This document shows positions 30,894-40,290 of a DNA stretch of 64,000 nt, piece by piece. The position numbers were made by a program, and so were the translations under genes. The first letter of the stretch is position 1. Every line of letters begins with the position of its first letter. The notes below the pieces were generated by a model, which saw nothing but the letters and a program-made list of their open reading frames with translations, had not been told where the DNA came from and did no database searches. This DNA is from an uncultured Candidatus Saccharibacteria bacterium (GTDB taxonomy: Bacteria > Patescibacteriota > Minisyncoccia > Phycocordibacterales > PALSA-1337): assembly GCA_964470105.1 (NCBI GenBank), contig CAYXZI010000001.1:37521-101520 (forward strand), in the 5' to 3' direction.

Positions 30894-30979
30894 GTGTGAG
30901 TACGAACAAAGCGAAAGCTTAGATGTAAGTACTTCAATATAAAATGTCTACATGAGATCCTGCCTCGGCAGGATTTTGT
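30894..30979 (+). ncRNA. Candidate small RNA, family unknown
   Basis: TGnTATAAT at 30879-30887; GAGTAC..AAGC-GAAA-GCTT..GTACTT hairpin; ATCCTGC-ctcg-GCAGGAT-TTT terminator. Confidence 0.45.
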
Positions 30980-31049
30980 GTATATAACACAAGACCCGCT
31001 GTTTAGGCGGGTTGATTGTAAGTTCAATTAAGAACAAGTAGGTATCCAC

Positions 31050-31637
31050 TTATGGATCCTCGATGCCGATAAGTACGGGCCACCTGAAACTGACAGGGTC
31101 TAATCGGTCAGCAAATCTGAGTCGATCCCTATCATCTTTGGCATATGGCAATTTATTGAAACTACCCAAATCACTCTCAACACCGAATTGGTAGAAATTG
31201 GGTAATTCCGGGTTGATGCGGACTGCTGCAACCGCCCTATGGCAGCCGGCAGAGATCAATATCTGACGGACAGCACCAGAGACAATTGTTTCTGACGCAA
31301 TTGCAATCGTCTCGCAAAGTGTGGGGGGGCGCAAATCCTTTGCCCCTAGGATCGACATGACATCCTTCCTTCGAAGAGCACATCGACTGGGTTGAGAATG
31401 ATAGGTGACGAAGTGTGCTTTAAATGGTTTGTGTTCTTCCCTGATGAACATCAAAGCCTCTTCTGAGAAGTCCATTTTCATCCAGAGATGAGACTTGCCA
31501 TCACACCCCAACCCAATCCTCGAGCAACTGTACTGATTGTACATAACCGAACCGTCAGTTGATTTGATCTCAACTGATCCAATGACCGACGCGTTTCTTA
31601 TCTTCATTTTCAAACACGAGGGTATCGTTATCCTCAT
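31050..31637 (-). CDS. GC-rich orphan protein
   Basis: 195-aa ORF; TTGACA at 31728-31723; ACCCGC/GCGGGT hairpin downstream. Confidence 0.6.
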   Translation of the reverse strand: MRITIPSCLKMKIRNASVIGSVEIKSTDGSVMYNQYSCSRIGLGCDGKSHLWMKMDFSEEALMFIREEHKPFKAHFVTYHSQPSRCALRRKDVMSILGAKDLRPPTLCETIAIASETIVSGAVRQILISAGCHRAVAAVRINPELPNFYQFGVESDLGSFNKLPYAKDDRDRLRFADRLDPVSFRWPVLIGIEDP

Positions 31638-31764
31638 ACGGGGGCTGTTTAATCCGTTTTCCCCAACGGCTCATTTTACGAAGAACAAAAGACTCTAGAG
31701 ATATATCATTTAAAATACACACTGTCAATGCAGTTGTATATTTGACTTCTTGGTATAATAAACA

Positions 31765-31858
31765 TATTGTTCCAAGTGTTGACGAACGGCTGTACTCACA
31801 TTTTAATTTAGACATTATATTTGGAGCTTTCACCCGTTCGTCAACATTCGGCGCAATA
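31765..31858 (+). promoter_or_regulatory. Long hairpin in the murB 5' leader
   Basis: 13-bp perfect inverted repeat TGTTGACGAACGG (31777-89) / CCGTTCGTCAACA (31834-46), downstream of TGnTATAAT (31751-59). Confidence 0.6.
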
Positions 31859-31863
31859 CACAA

Positions 31864-32874
31864 ATGAATATTCAAGAAAAAATTTCCCTGAAAGATTTCA
31901 CCACCTTTAGAATCGGCGGACCTGCACGATATTTTTGTACTGTAAAAAATGAAGATGAATTAATTGAAGCTGTGAGCTTTTCAAAGAAAAAGAAGATTCC
32001 CTTTTTTGTTTTAGGTGGTGGTTCTAACCTTCTTGTGTCAGATGAAGGGTTTCCAGGAATTGTGATTAAAATGGAGATGGAGGGAGTTACCTTTTCAGAC
32101 GATGGTACTGTAACCGCATTTGCTGGAGAGAATTGGGACAAGTTAGTAGAACAAACTGTAGATAGAGGTTTGTATGGTCTTGAAAATCTTTCATTAATAC
32201 CAGGAACTGTTGGTGCTACACCAGTCCAGAATATAGGTGCATATGGAAGTGAGGTAAAAGATACCATAGAGTCAGTACACGTACTTGATGTATTGAAAGA
32301 TGAATACAAAGACCTTTCAAATACAGATTGTAAATTTTCATATAGGAATAGCGTATTTAAGGAGGATCCACGTAGATATATAGTCATATCAGTAACTTTT
32401 GGATTAAAGAAGGATGGAAAAATAAATGCACAGTACAAAGATGTGCAAGAACATTTTACTTTTAAAAAGATAAAGGAACCCACCCTTAAACAGATGCGTG
32501 AGGCTATTATCGAAATCAGAAGAAGAAAACTTCCTGATGTTAAAGACTACGGTACCGCTGGATCATTCTTTAAAAATGTCATTGTTTCAACATCAAAGGC
32601 TCAGGAACTTGTAGCCAAATACCCAGAGATGATAGTTCATCCAGTAAATGACAAGAAGGTAAAGATTCCTGTAGCTTGGATACTTGATAACTTATGTGGT
32701 TTTAGAGGCGTAAAGAAAGGAAATGTGGGAACTTATAAGAATCAGGCATTGGTAATCATTAACACTGGAAACGCTACAGCAGCAGAGATCATTGCCCTAG
32801 CACAAAAGATGGTAGATGGGGTCTATGAAAAGACTGGTATAGAGATTGAACCGGAGGTTGAATATGTGATATAG
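31864..32874 (+). CDS. murB: UDP-N-acetylenolpyruvoylglucosamine reductase
   Basis: TTFRIGGPA, LGGGSNLL, IPGTVGA.PVQNIGAYG, FSYRNS, AGSFFKN. Confidence 0.96.
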   Translation: MNIQEKISLKDFTTFRIGGPARYFCTVKNEDELIEAVSFSKKKKIPFFVLGGGSNLLVSDEGFPGIVIKMEMEGVTFSDDGTVTAFAGENWDKLVEQTVDRGLYGLENLSLIPGTVGATPVQNIGAYGSEVKDTIESVHVLDVLKDEYKDLSNTDCKFSYRNSVFKEDPRRYIVISVTFGLKKDGKINAQYKDVQEHFTFKKIKEPTLKQMREAIIEIRRRKLPDVKDYGTAGSFFKNVIVSTSKAQELVAKYPEMIVHPVNDKKVKIPVAWILDNLCGFRGVKKGNVGTYKNQALVIINTGNATAAEIIALAQKMVDGVYEKTGIEIEPEVEYVI

Positions 32875-32886
32875 TGTGAGTCACTT

Positions 32887-35385
32887 ATGGCATTTTCCAT
32901 TAAAAACATATTTGGTGACCCTAACAAGAAATTACTTAAGAAATATGAGCCTATAATCGATAAGGTTAAGGTTCTTGAACCTAGTATATCTTCCCTTTCT
33001 GATGATGGATTGAGAGCTAAGACTATTGAGTTTAGAGGTAGACTAGCAAAGGGAGAGAGTCTAGACTCAATCACACCCGAGGCTTTTGCCGTAGTACGCG
33101 AAGCTTCAAAGAGAGTTTTAGGACAAAGACACTTTGATGTTCAAATCTTAGGAGGAGCAATCCTCAATAGCGGTAGTATTGCTGAAATGCGTACAGGTGA
33201 AGGTAAAACACTTGTTGCCACCCTTCCAGCATATTTAAATGGATTAACTGGTAAAGGAGTACATGTAGTTACAGTTAACGACTACCTATCTCGTCGTGAC
33301 GCAGTATGGATGGGTCAAATATACAACTTCCTTGGACTTACGACTGGAGTTATAAACCATGAAAGTTCATTCATATACGACCCTTCACATGTAGAATCAA
33401 AAGATACGGAAAGAGATCAGTTGGGTTCTTTTAAGGTTGTGCATGAATATCTAAGACCGGTCACACGTCATGAGGCATATGCTGCTGATATCACATATGG
33501 AACAAACAATGAATTTGGTTTTGACTATCTGAGAGACAATCTTGAATATGAATCTGGATCACTTAGACAGAGGGAGTTTAACTATGCAGTTGTAGATGAA
33601 ATTGACTCAATTTTAATAGATGAAGCTAGAACTCCCTTAATTATTTCTGCACCTACCACAGACTCTGAGAACCTGTATCAGATCTTCTCTGCAATGGTTA
33701 GGGATTTTGTTAAAGATGAAGACTACACAGTCGACGAAAAGCAAAGAAGTATCGCTTTAACAAACAAAGGTATCGAGAAAGCAGAAAAGAAACTGGGTGT
33801 TGATAATATTTACACAGAGAAAGGAATTAAATACGTCCACCATCTAGAAACTGCTGTTAAAGCGAAAGCCTTATACAACATCAACACTGAGTATGTGATT
33901 AAAGATAATGGTGTGGTTATCGTTGATACTTTCACTGGACGTCTACAACCAGGAAGACGATGGTCAGAAGGTCTACATCAAGCTATAGAAGCAAAGGAGG
34001 GGGTACCAGTACAGAAGGAATCTCGTACTTATGCGTCTATTACCTTCCAAAACTATTTCAGACTATACAAAAAGCTATCTGGTATGACTGGAACAGCTTC
34101 AACTTCTTCTGAGGAATTCTATAAAGTATATGGTCTTGAAACAATCACAATCCCTACAAACAAAACGCAACAGAGAGTTGATCATAATGACCTTATATTT
34201 CAGACTGAAATAGGAAAATACAAAGCTATTGCTAGAAAGGTAAAGGAATTGAACAAGATAGGACAACCTGTGCTAATCGGTACAGTGTCAATTGAAAAAA
34301 ATGAAGTACTTTCTGATTTCCTTAAGGCAGAAGGAGTGCCTCACCAAGTTCTAAACGCTAAGAATCATGAGCGCGAAGGTGAGATTATTGCTCAAGCTGG
34401 TAAAAAAGGTGCAGTTACTATTGCTACAAATATGGCAGGAAGAGGAGTTGATATTAAACTAGGTGGTAATCCTGGCTCCCCTACCCTATATGAAGAAATT
34501 AAATCCATTGGTGGTCTCTTTGTCCTAGGTACAGAACGCCATGAAGCAAGAAGAATTGATAATCAATTGAGAGGAAGATCAGGAAGACAGGGTGATCCTG
34601 GTGCAACACAGTTCTTTGTATCACTAGAAGATTCATTGATGAGAATCTTTGCTTCAGATACCATCAAAAACCTTATGGGCAAACTTAATATTGCCGAAGA
34701 TGAAGCAATAGAGAATAGGATAATCACAAGATCACTTGAGAATGCACAATCGAAGATTGAAGGATTTAACTTTGATTCAAGAAAGCATATCCTTGAATAT
34801 GATGACATACTGAATCATCAAAGAAAGACTGTTTACGAAAGAAGAAGATATATACTCATTGGAACTCTTGATCAAGTAGAATCTAAGATCTTAGAAGTAA
34901 TTGGTGATAATGCAGAGATGAAGAAAGTGATGGAGGATAAGATTACACAACTTGGAAAAGAGCGGTTTTTGATTGTTGCACGTCAGTTAATGCTTCAAGC
35001 TATAGACATGTTCTGGGTTGAGCATTTGGAAGTAATGGATTACACTCGTTCAAGCGTAAATCTAAGAGCGTACGGTCAGAGAGATCCTCTTGTTGAATAT
35101 AAAAAGGAAGGTCTTAGACTATTTAAAGAAATGCAGATTGCGATTAACAACCAGATACTTAATCTCCTTCCTCATGTTGGTGGAGGTGTAATAACTCCAG
35201 AAGCAGTTGAATTAAAAGAAGTCCATGAACAGGCGCAGGTAATAGGTGGTGGTGATGGTGACAAGCCAGCACAGAATACAGCAACAAAGAAACCTGAGGT
35301 GGGTAGAAATGATCCTTGTCCTTGTGGATCAGGTCTAAAGTACAAGAAATGTGGAATGATTAATGCTAAGGAGCATAGAGTTTAA
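32887..35385 (+). CDS. secA: Preprotein translocase ATPase SecA
   Basis: EMRTGEGKT, DEIDSILIDEARTPL, QLRGRSGRQGDPG, SEC-C GRNDPCPCGSG. Confidence 0.99.
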   Translation: MAFSIKNIFGDPNKKLLKKYEPIIDKVKVLEPSISSLSDDGLRAKTIEFRGRLAKGESLDSITPEAFAVVREASKRVLGQRHFDVQILGGAILNSGSIAEMRTGEGKTLVATLPAYLNGLTGKGVHVVTVNDYLSRRDAVWMGQIYNFLGLTTGVINHESSFIYDPSHVESKDTERDQLGSFKVVHEYLRPVTRHEAYAADITYGTNNEFGFDYLRDNLEYESGSLRQREFNYAVVDEIDSILIDEARTPLIISAPTTDSENLYQIFSAMVRDFVKDEDYTVDEKQRSIALTNKGIEKAEKKLGVDNIYTEKGIKYVHHLETAVKAKALYNINTEYVIKDNGVVIVDTFTGRLQPGRRWSEGLHQAIEAKEGVPVQKESRTYASITFQNYFRLYKKLSGMTGTASTSSEEFYKVYGLETITIPTNKTQQRVDHNDLIFQTEIGKYKAIARKVKELNKIGQPVLIGTVSIEKNEVLSDFLKAEGVPHQVLNAKNHEREGEIIAQAGKKGAVTIATNMAGRGVDIKLGGNPGSPTLYEEIKSIGGLFVLGTERHEARRIDNQLRGRSGRQGDPGATQFFVSLEDSLMRIFASDTIKNLMGKLNIAEDEAIENRIITRSLENAQSKIEGFNFDSRKHILEYDDILNHQRKTVYERRRYILIGTLDQVESKILEVIGDNAEMKKVMEDKITQLGKERFLIVARQLMLQAIDMFWVEHLEVMDYTRSSVNLRAYGQRDPLVEYKKEGLRLFKEMQIAINNQILNLLPHVGGGVITPEAVELKEVHEQAQVIGGGDGDKPAQNTATKKPEVGRNDPCPCGSGLKYKKCGMINAKEHRV

Positions 35386-35405
35386 TATTCATATCAATAC
35401 AATTC

Positions 35406-35435
35406 GCACCCCACCGGTACCCGTCGGTGAGGTGC
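35406..35435. terminator. GC-rich hairpin between convergent secA and pyrG
   Basis: GCACC-c-CACCG...CGGTG-a-GGTGC; weak T-tract. Confidence 0.5.
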
Positions 35436-35568
35436 TAAATTGTTGACATAAACAGTGAGAGTAAATACACCTTGTTATAATCGACCCTATAACAATATAA
35501 GATTAACAATAGTAGTTAAAATCCATATAAAATCTAAATAAAATTAAAATGAATTTTTTATCAGATTT

Positions 35569-37269
35569 TTATTTAGACATTCTACCCTTTGCTGCTTTAA
35601 TGAACTCAGTAAAAAGTGGGTGTGGTGATAACGGACGTGCTAGAAATTCTGGGTGAAATTGCGTACCCAAAAAGAATGGGTGTATGTCACGAGGTAATTC
35701 TGCTATTTCCATTAATGTACCATCTGGTGATGTACCAGAAAACACCAAACCGGCTTTTAATAGTTTTTCTACATACTGTGGATTAACTTCATACCTATGT
35801 CTATGTCTCTCAGATATTACATTAGCGCCATAAGCCTTTTCAGCAATTGTTCCCTTCACAAGTTTCGCCTTATAAATTCCTAACCTCATACTTCCACCGT
35901 AGTTCCTTTCGATAAGTTTCTTTTTCTGATCTGGCATAATATCTATAATTACATGGGTTGCATTTGGATTTATTTCAGCAGTATGTGCTCCCTCTAGACC
36001 TAGTACATTTCTTGCATATTCAATGGTCATAAGCTGCATACCATAACACAATCCAAAATATGGTATTTTGTTCTCCCTTGCATATCTAATAACATTTAGC
36101 TTCCCCTCAATCCCCTTCTCTCCAAAACCACCAGGAACGATGATTCCATCAAATTTATCAAGGATAGAATAGTCAATATTACCTTTTTCAAAATCGTTTG
36201 CATTGATAGTATGAATTTTAGGTTTAACCTTTTGGCTGTATGCAGAATATTTTATAGCTTCCAATACTGAAACGTATGCGTCCGTCAGAACAAAATCTCC
36301 TGTATTAAAATATTTACCAACGATAGCAACGTTAATTTCCCTCTCTGTATTTTTAACAGCGCTAGCAAACTTCTTCCATTCCCCAAGACCAGGACCCTTC
36401 CTTTTTTCTAAATGAAGTGCCTCGAGAATTATTTCTCCTATATTATCCTTTTCGAAATTAAGTGGCACATCATATACACTATCTATATCTGGTGCTGAAA
36501 TGACATTTTCTGGGTGAATATTACATGTAAAAGCCAACTTTTCTTTTCTCTTCTGATCTATTGGAACCTCACATCTAGCAATGATAAAGTCTGCTTGGAC
36601 TCCATATGAGTTTAGTTGTTTAACAGCATTCTGAGTTGGCTTAGATTTCATTTCACCAATCTTCCCTGGAATTGGAAGATACGAAACCATTATGAACTGA
36701 ACATCACCTGGATTTCTAAACTTTAAAACTCTCGCGGCTTCGATAAACATAACATTCTGATAGTCACCAACTGTACCCCCAATTTCTATAATTGAGATAT
36801 CTGATTTATTGATAACCGCAGCATGTTTGATTCTTCGAACAATCTCTTCACGAATATGATCTGCATCAACAAATTTTCCGCCATACTCTAAAGCTCGCTC
36901 TTTATCAATTACATGCTTATAAACCATACCTGAAGTCATATAGTCATCATTAGAAAGATCCTGATTTAGGAATCTCTCATAATTTCCCATGTCTTGATCA
37001 GTTTCTAGCCCTGAGTTTAGAACAAAAACTTCACCATGTTCGGTTGGATTCATGGTTCCAGCGTCTACATTCAAATATGGATCAACTTTTACTAGATTTA
37101 CCTTATACCCCTTTGCTTGAAGGATAGTTCCTAGTGAAGATGTAGCGATACCCTTTCCTACTCCGGACATAACTCCTCCGACGACAAAAATATACTTATG
37201 ATTTTCTTTCTTACCCTTTCTTTGATTATCTTTTATTTTCTTTACTTTCGCATCTGTCTTTCTTTTCAT
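35569..37269 (-). CDS. pyrG: CTP synthase
   Basis: GGVMSGVGKG, DPYLNVDAGTMNP.EHGEV, GLCYGMQ, ERHRHRYE, QFHPE. Confidence 0.99.
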   Translation of the reverse strand: MKRKTDAKVKKIKDNQRKGKKENHKYIFVVGGVMSGVGKGIATSSLGTILQAKGYKVNLVKVDPYLNVDAGTMNPTEHGEVFVLNSGLETDQDMGNYERFLNQDLSNDDYMTSGMVYKHVIDKERALEYGGKFVDADHIREEIVRRIKHAAVINKSDISIIEIGGTVGDYQNVMFIEAARVLKFRNPGDVQFIMVSYLPIPGKIGEMKSKPTQNAVKQLNSYGVQADFIIARCEVPIDQKRKEKLAFTCNIHPENVISAPDIDSVYDVPLNFEKDNIGEIILEALHLEKRKGPGLGEWKKFASAVKNTEREINVAIVGKYFNTGDFVLTDAYVSVLEAIKYSAYSQKVKPKIHTINANDFEKGNIDYSILDKFDGIIVPGGFGEKGIEGKLNVIRYARENKIPYFGLCYGMQLMTIEYARNVLGLEGAHTAEINPNATHVIIDIMPDQKKKLIERNYGGSMRLGIYKAKLVKGTIAEKAYGANVISERHRHRYEVNPQYVEKLLKAGLVFSGTSPDGTLMEIAELPRDIHPFFLGTQFHPEFLARPLSPHPLFTEFIKAAKGRMSK

Positions 37270-37290
37270 AATCGTATTGTATCAAAATTT

Positions 37291-38244
37291 TTAAACTCGT
37301 AAATACCTCCTTACAGCAAGATAACTTGATATAGCGCCTAAAATAATACCGAAGCCCATAATTAGAACAAATATCTGACCGAAGTTACTGATAAAATACG
37401 AAGAGAAAACATTTGCTAGTAGTGGCACTTCATTAATATTCTGGACTCCGGATAGTCTCACTAATAATATATCACTGTAGAAGGCAAACGCACAAAGAAT
37501 TACAAGCGTTAGTAGTCCTGAAAATACACCGTACATTATACCTGAAATAACGAATGGGCCTCGTATATATAGATTTGAAGCACCTACAAGCTTCATAACG
37601 GATATTTCATCTTTTGCTGTAAATATAATCAATCTGATTGTATTGAATACAATGATTATTGCTACTATCACAAAAATTATTGCAATAACTGTTCCCATTT
37701 TTTCTATTGCATAAATTATTCTACCTAGTCTTTCGATGTTTAGCTTATTCTGATTATAATTTATTTTTTCTACAATACCAGAACCATTTTGTGTCGAATT
37801 CTTACTATCAAGGAAACTGGCAATACCAGCATATTGTGATGGCTCTTTTGCCTTTATATTCAAAACAGCTGGAAAAGGATTCGATCCGATTTCCTCTAGA
37901 CCCTGTATTATTAAAGCATTATCCTTCCACTTATCTCTAAAATCTGATAGGGCTTGATCGCGTGACACATACTCAACCTTTTCAACTTCAGGCAGTGATT
38001 CTATGGTCTTTCTTAATGCAAAAATATCTGATTCTTGAGCCTCAATGGTAAAATACACATTTATATCAACCTTATTTTTTATCTCTTTAATCAGTGCCCT
38101 TCCAAAAGCAGAACTGAATATTAATGCACCCAAAACTGATAGCGAAAGGGTTATAACCACAACAGCAGAAAATGAAAGAAATCCATTCCTCCAGAAATTA
38201 ATAAACCCAGTTCGTATTATTCTTTTAAAGTGTGTAAAAATCAT
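37291..38244 (-). CDS. ftsX: Cell division permease FtsX
   Basis: NTIRL.I....EI.VMKLVGA...IRGPF; follows ftsE. Confidence 0.92.
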   Translation of the reverse strand: MIFTHFKRIIRTGFINFWRNGFLSFSAVVVITLSLSVLGALIFSSAFGRALIKEIKNKVDINVYFTIEAQESDIFALRKTIESLPEVEKVEYVSRDQALSDFRDKWKDNALIIQGLEEIGSNPFPAVLNIKAKEPSQYAGIASFLDSKNSTQNGSGIVEKINYNQNKLNIERLGRIIYAIEKMGTVIAIIFVIVAIIIVFNTIRLIIFTAKDEISVMKLVGASNLYIRGPFVISGIMYGVFSGLLTLVILCAFAFYSDILLVRLSGVQNINEVPLLANVFSSYFISNFGQIFVLIMGFGIILGAISSYLAVRRYLRV

Positions 38245-38255
38245 TATATTAAAAA

Positions 38256-38936
38256 TTACAAGACATATTTACCATGCTTATCATCCCTAACCACCTTCCC
38301 CCTTTCCATGGTTACCACTCGTCCACCAACCGTATCCACAACACTCTTATCGTGAGTCGTTAGAAGGACAGTGGTACCAAGCTTATGTATCTTCTGCAGA
38401 ATTTTAATTATATCAGATGTGTTTACTGGATCCAGATTTCCTGTCGGCTCATCAGCTATAATAATATCTGGTTGAGTAACAATTGCTCGAGCTATAGCAA
38501 CTCTCTGCTTTTCTCCTCCAGATAGTTCATGCGGAAAATTCCATATCTTATTACCCAAATCTACCAATTCAAGAACATGAGGTACATCTGATTTTATTTC
38601 ACTATCTGTACGTCCCGCAGCTTCCATTGCAAAAGCAATATTTTCATATGCTGTCTTATTACCAATCAGTCTGAAGTCTTGAAATACAGTACCAATACGT
38701 CTACGCAACTGATTCATATCACCTTTTCTAAGCTTATGAATATTAGCAGATTCAAAAAAGACAGCACCATCTGTAGGTCTATCCTCAGCGATAATCATTT
38801 TCATCAGAGTAGTTTTACCAGCACCTGAATGACCAACAATAGTAACGAATTCATTTGGTTCTACAGCAAAAGACACCTGATCTAGAGCAATTGACTTATC
38901 AGGGTATATCTTACTAACCTTATCGAAATAAATCAT
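38256..38936 (-). CDS. ftsE: Cell division ATP-binding protein FtsE
   Basis: GHSGAGKTT, RRRIGTVFQDFRL, LSGGEKQR, ADEPTGNLD. Confidence 0.95.
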   Translation of the reverse strand: MIYFDKVSKIYPDKSIALDQVSFAVEPNEFVTIVGHSGAGKTTLMKMIIAEDRPTDGAVFFESANIHKLRKGDMNQLRRRIGTVFQDFRLIGNKTAYENIAFAMEAAGRTDSEIKSDVPHVLELVDLGNKIWNFPHELSGGEKQRVAIARAIVTQPDIIIADEPTGNLDPVNTSDIIKILQKIHKLGTTVLLTTHDKSVVDTVGGRVVTMERGKVVRDDKHGKYVL

Positions 38937-38943
38937 ACGCTAA

Positions 38944-39825
38944 TTATAGCATACGTTCAGCATCTAAAAACTCATCAAGATGACCCTCAAGTACTTTGTC
39001 AACTTGGGAGGTCTCAACATTTGTTCTGTGATCTTTTACCATTTTATATGGGTGAAAAACATATGAGCGTATCTGATTTCCCCACTCAATAGACGTTGTT
39101 TTACTTATATACATTCCCTTTTCACGAGCGATTCTCTCATCCTCCATTTGTTTAAAAAGTTTACCTTTCAATATATCTAATGCTTTTTCCTTATTTTGGG
39201 CCTGTGATCTTTCTGATGTGACATGTACCGATAATCCAGTCGGTTTATGTACAATTCTGACCGCAGTCTCTCTCTTATTAACATTCTGTCCACCAGGACC
39301 ACCAGATTTCGCAATTGATATTTCTATATCCTTATCAGGTAATTCCATATCAGCGCTATTAGTCTTTTCAAACTTCGGAATTATTTCAACCATAGAAAAT
39401 GAAGTGTGTCGCAATTGCTTAGCATTAAAAGGTGAGATTCTTACAAGTCTATGTACTCCACTTTCGTTCTTAAGAGTTCCATATACATCCTTACCAGATA
39501 TCTCAACAGTGATATTTCTATACCCACCATGATCATTTTGATTTTCATGCACAACTTCCATGCCCCAGCCCCTATTTTCAGCTAATTTTCTATACATACG
39601 ATACAGAATTGAAGAGAAATCCTCAGCATCATCACCACCGGCGCCAGAAAAAATGGTCATAATCGCATTACCTTTATCAAACTTACCTATACCAGACAAA
39701 GCATCTTTCAAATCCTGTAATTCTTTAATCATTCCCTGCGCCTTCTGGGGATTGTTCCAAAAATCAGCTGCTTGCATCGCAGACTCAATTTCTTGTATTC
39801 TATTTTCTGTTTTACTTTTATCCAT
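38944..39825 (-). CDS. prfB: Peptide chain release factor 2, shortened N-domain
   Basis: SPF motif (RISPF), [12 protein letters not shown]. Confidence 0.92.
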   Translation of the reverse strand: MDKSKTENRIQEIESAMQAADFWNNPQKAQGMIKELQDLKDALSGIGKFDKGNAIMTIFSGAGGDDAEDFSSILYRMYRKLAENRGWGMEVVHENQNDHGGYRNITVEISGKDVYGTLKNESGVHRLVRISPFNAKQLRHTSFSMVEIIPKFEKTNSADMELPDKDIEISIAKSGGPGGQNVNKRETAVRIVHKPTGLSVHVTSERSQAQNKEKALDILKGKLFKQMEDERIAREKGMYISKTTSIEWGNQIRSYVFHPYKMVKDHRTNVETSQVDKVLEGHLDEFLDAERML

Positions 39826-40072
39826 TTTGTTCTTTTTTAAGGATTTTTGCCTTTACTAGTACTCCACCACGATTATATCCCCCCATCTTACCATCACTTC
39901 TTATGACCCTGTGACATGGTATTTCGGGATTGAAGTTTTTACTTAAAACCGTACCTACTGCACGTACAGCTTTAGGCTTACCGATCTCCTTAGCTACTTC
40001 TTTATATGTCATTGTGGCACCTTTTGGAATGCCTCTTACAACATCGTATACTAATTCCGTAAACGTTTTCAT
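39818..40072 (-). CDS. MGMT/Ogt-like alkyl-guanine DNA-binding domain protein
   Basis: IPKG..MTY..VA, RAVG, IPCHRV. Confidence 0.9.
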   Translation of the reverse strand: MKTFTELVYDVVRGIPKGATMTYKEVAKEIGKPKAVRAVGTVLSKNFNPEIPCHRVIRSDGKMGGYNRGGVLVKAKILKKEQNG

Positions 40073-40104
40073 ATTAAAAGATTATCAGATTACAGCGATT
40101 AAAT

Positions 40105-40137
40105 AAAGAAAACAGCCGGACTATGAGAGTCTGGCTG
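40105..40137 (-). terminator. Intrinsic terminator of the candidate ncRNA
   Basis: CAGCCAGACT-ctcat-AGTCCGGCTG-TTTTCTTT on the minus strand. Confidence 0.75.
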
Positions 40138-40146
40138 CGAAAGAGT

Positions 40147-40252
40147 GTCGGTGAGGGGTTAATCCTGGGACCGTGAGCCTATATACGGCCGCATGCGAGT
40201 TGAGCGGGGTCAGCGCTAGATCTCACAAGGTGATTCGTACCACCTCACCGAC
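40147..40252 (-). ncRNA. Candidate rod-shaped ncRNA, family unknown
   Basis: Closing stem GTCGGTGAGG/CCTCACCGAC with nested stems; TGnTACTAT -10 box 6 nt upstream; terminator downstream. Confidence 0.65.
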
Positions 40253-40290
40253 GAGAAAATAGTACCATACATTATATAAAAGTGGTAGCT

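Noticed and set aside
30898-30934. c-di-GMP-I riboswitch
   Set aside because: The GAAA hairpin is superficially similar, but the second stem with the tetraloop receptor and a downstream gene are missing.
35472-35495. TTGTTATA-N8-TATAACAA dyad and nearby TTGACA
   Set aside because: AT-rich, between convergent genes, with no clear -10 box or target.
39826-39900. prfB +1 programmed frameshift
   Set aside because: No CTT-TGA site or internal SD; the upstream DNA encodes the MGMT-like protein.
40184-40193. TACGGCCGCA matching the 16S 890-900 region
   Set aside because: 10 nt, on the strand opposite the inferred transcript and not in the cognate hairpin.
40147-40252. Confident SRP, 6S or tmRNA call
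   Set aside because: Diagnostic motifs are absent, so it is left as an unknown ncRNA.
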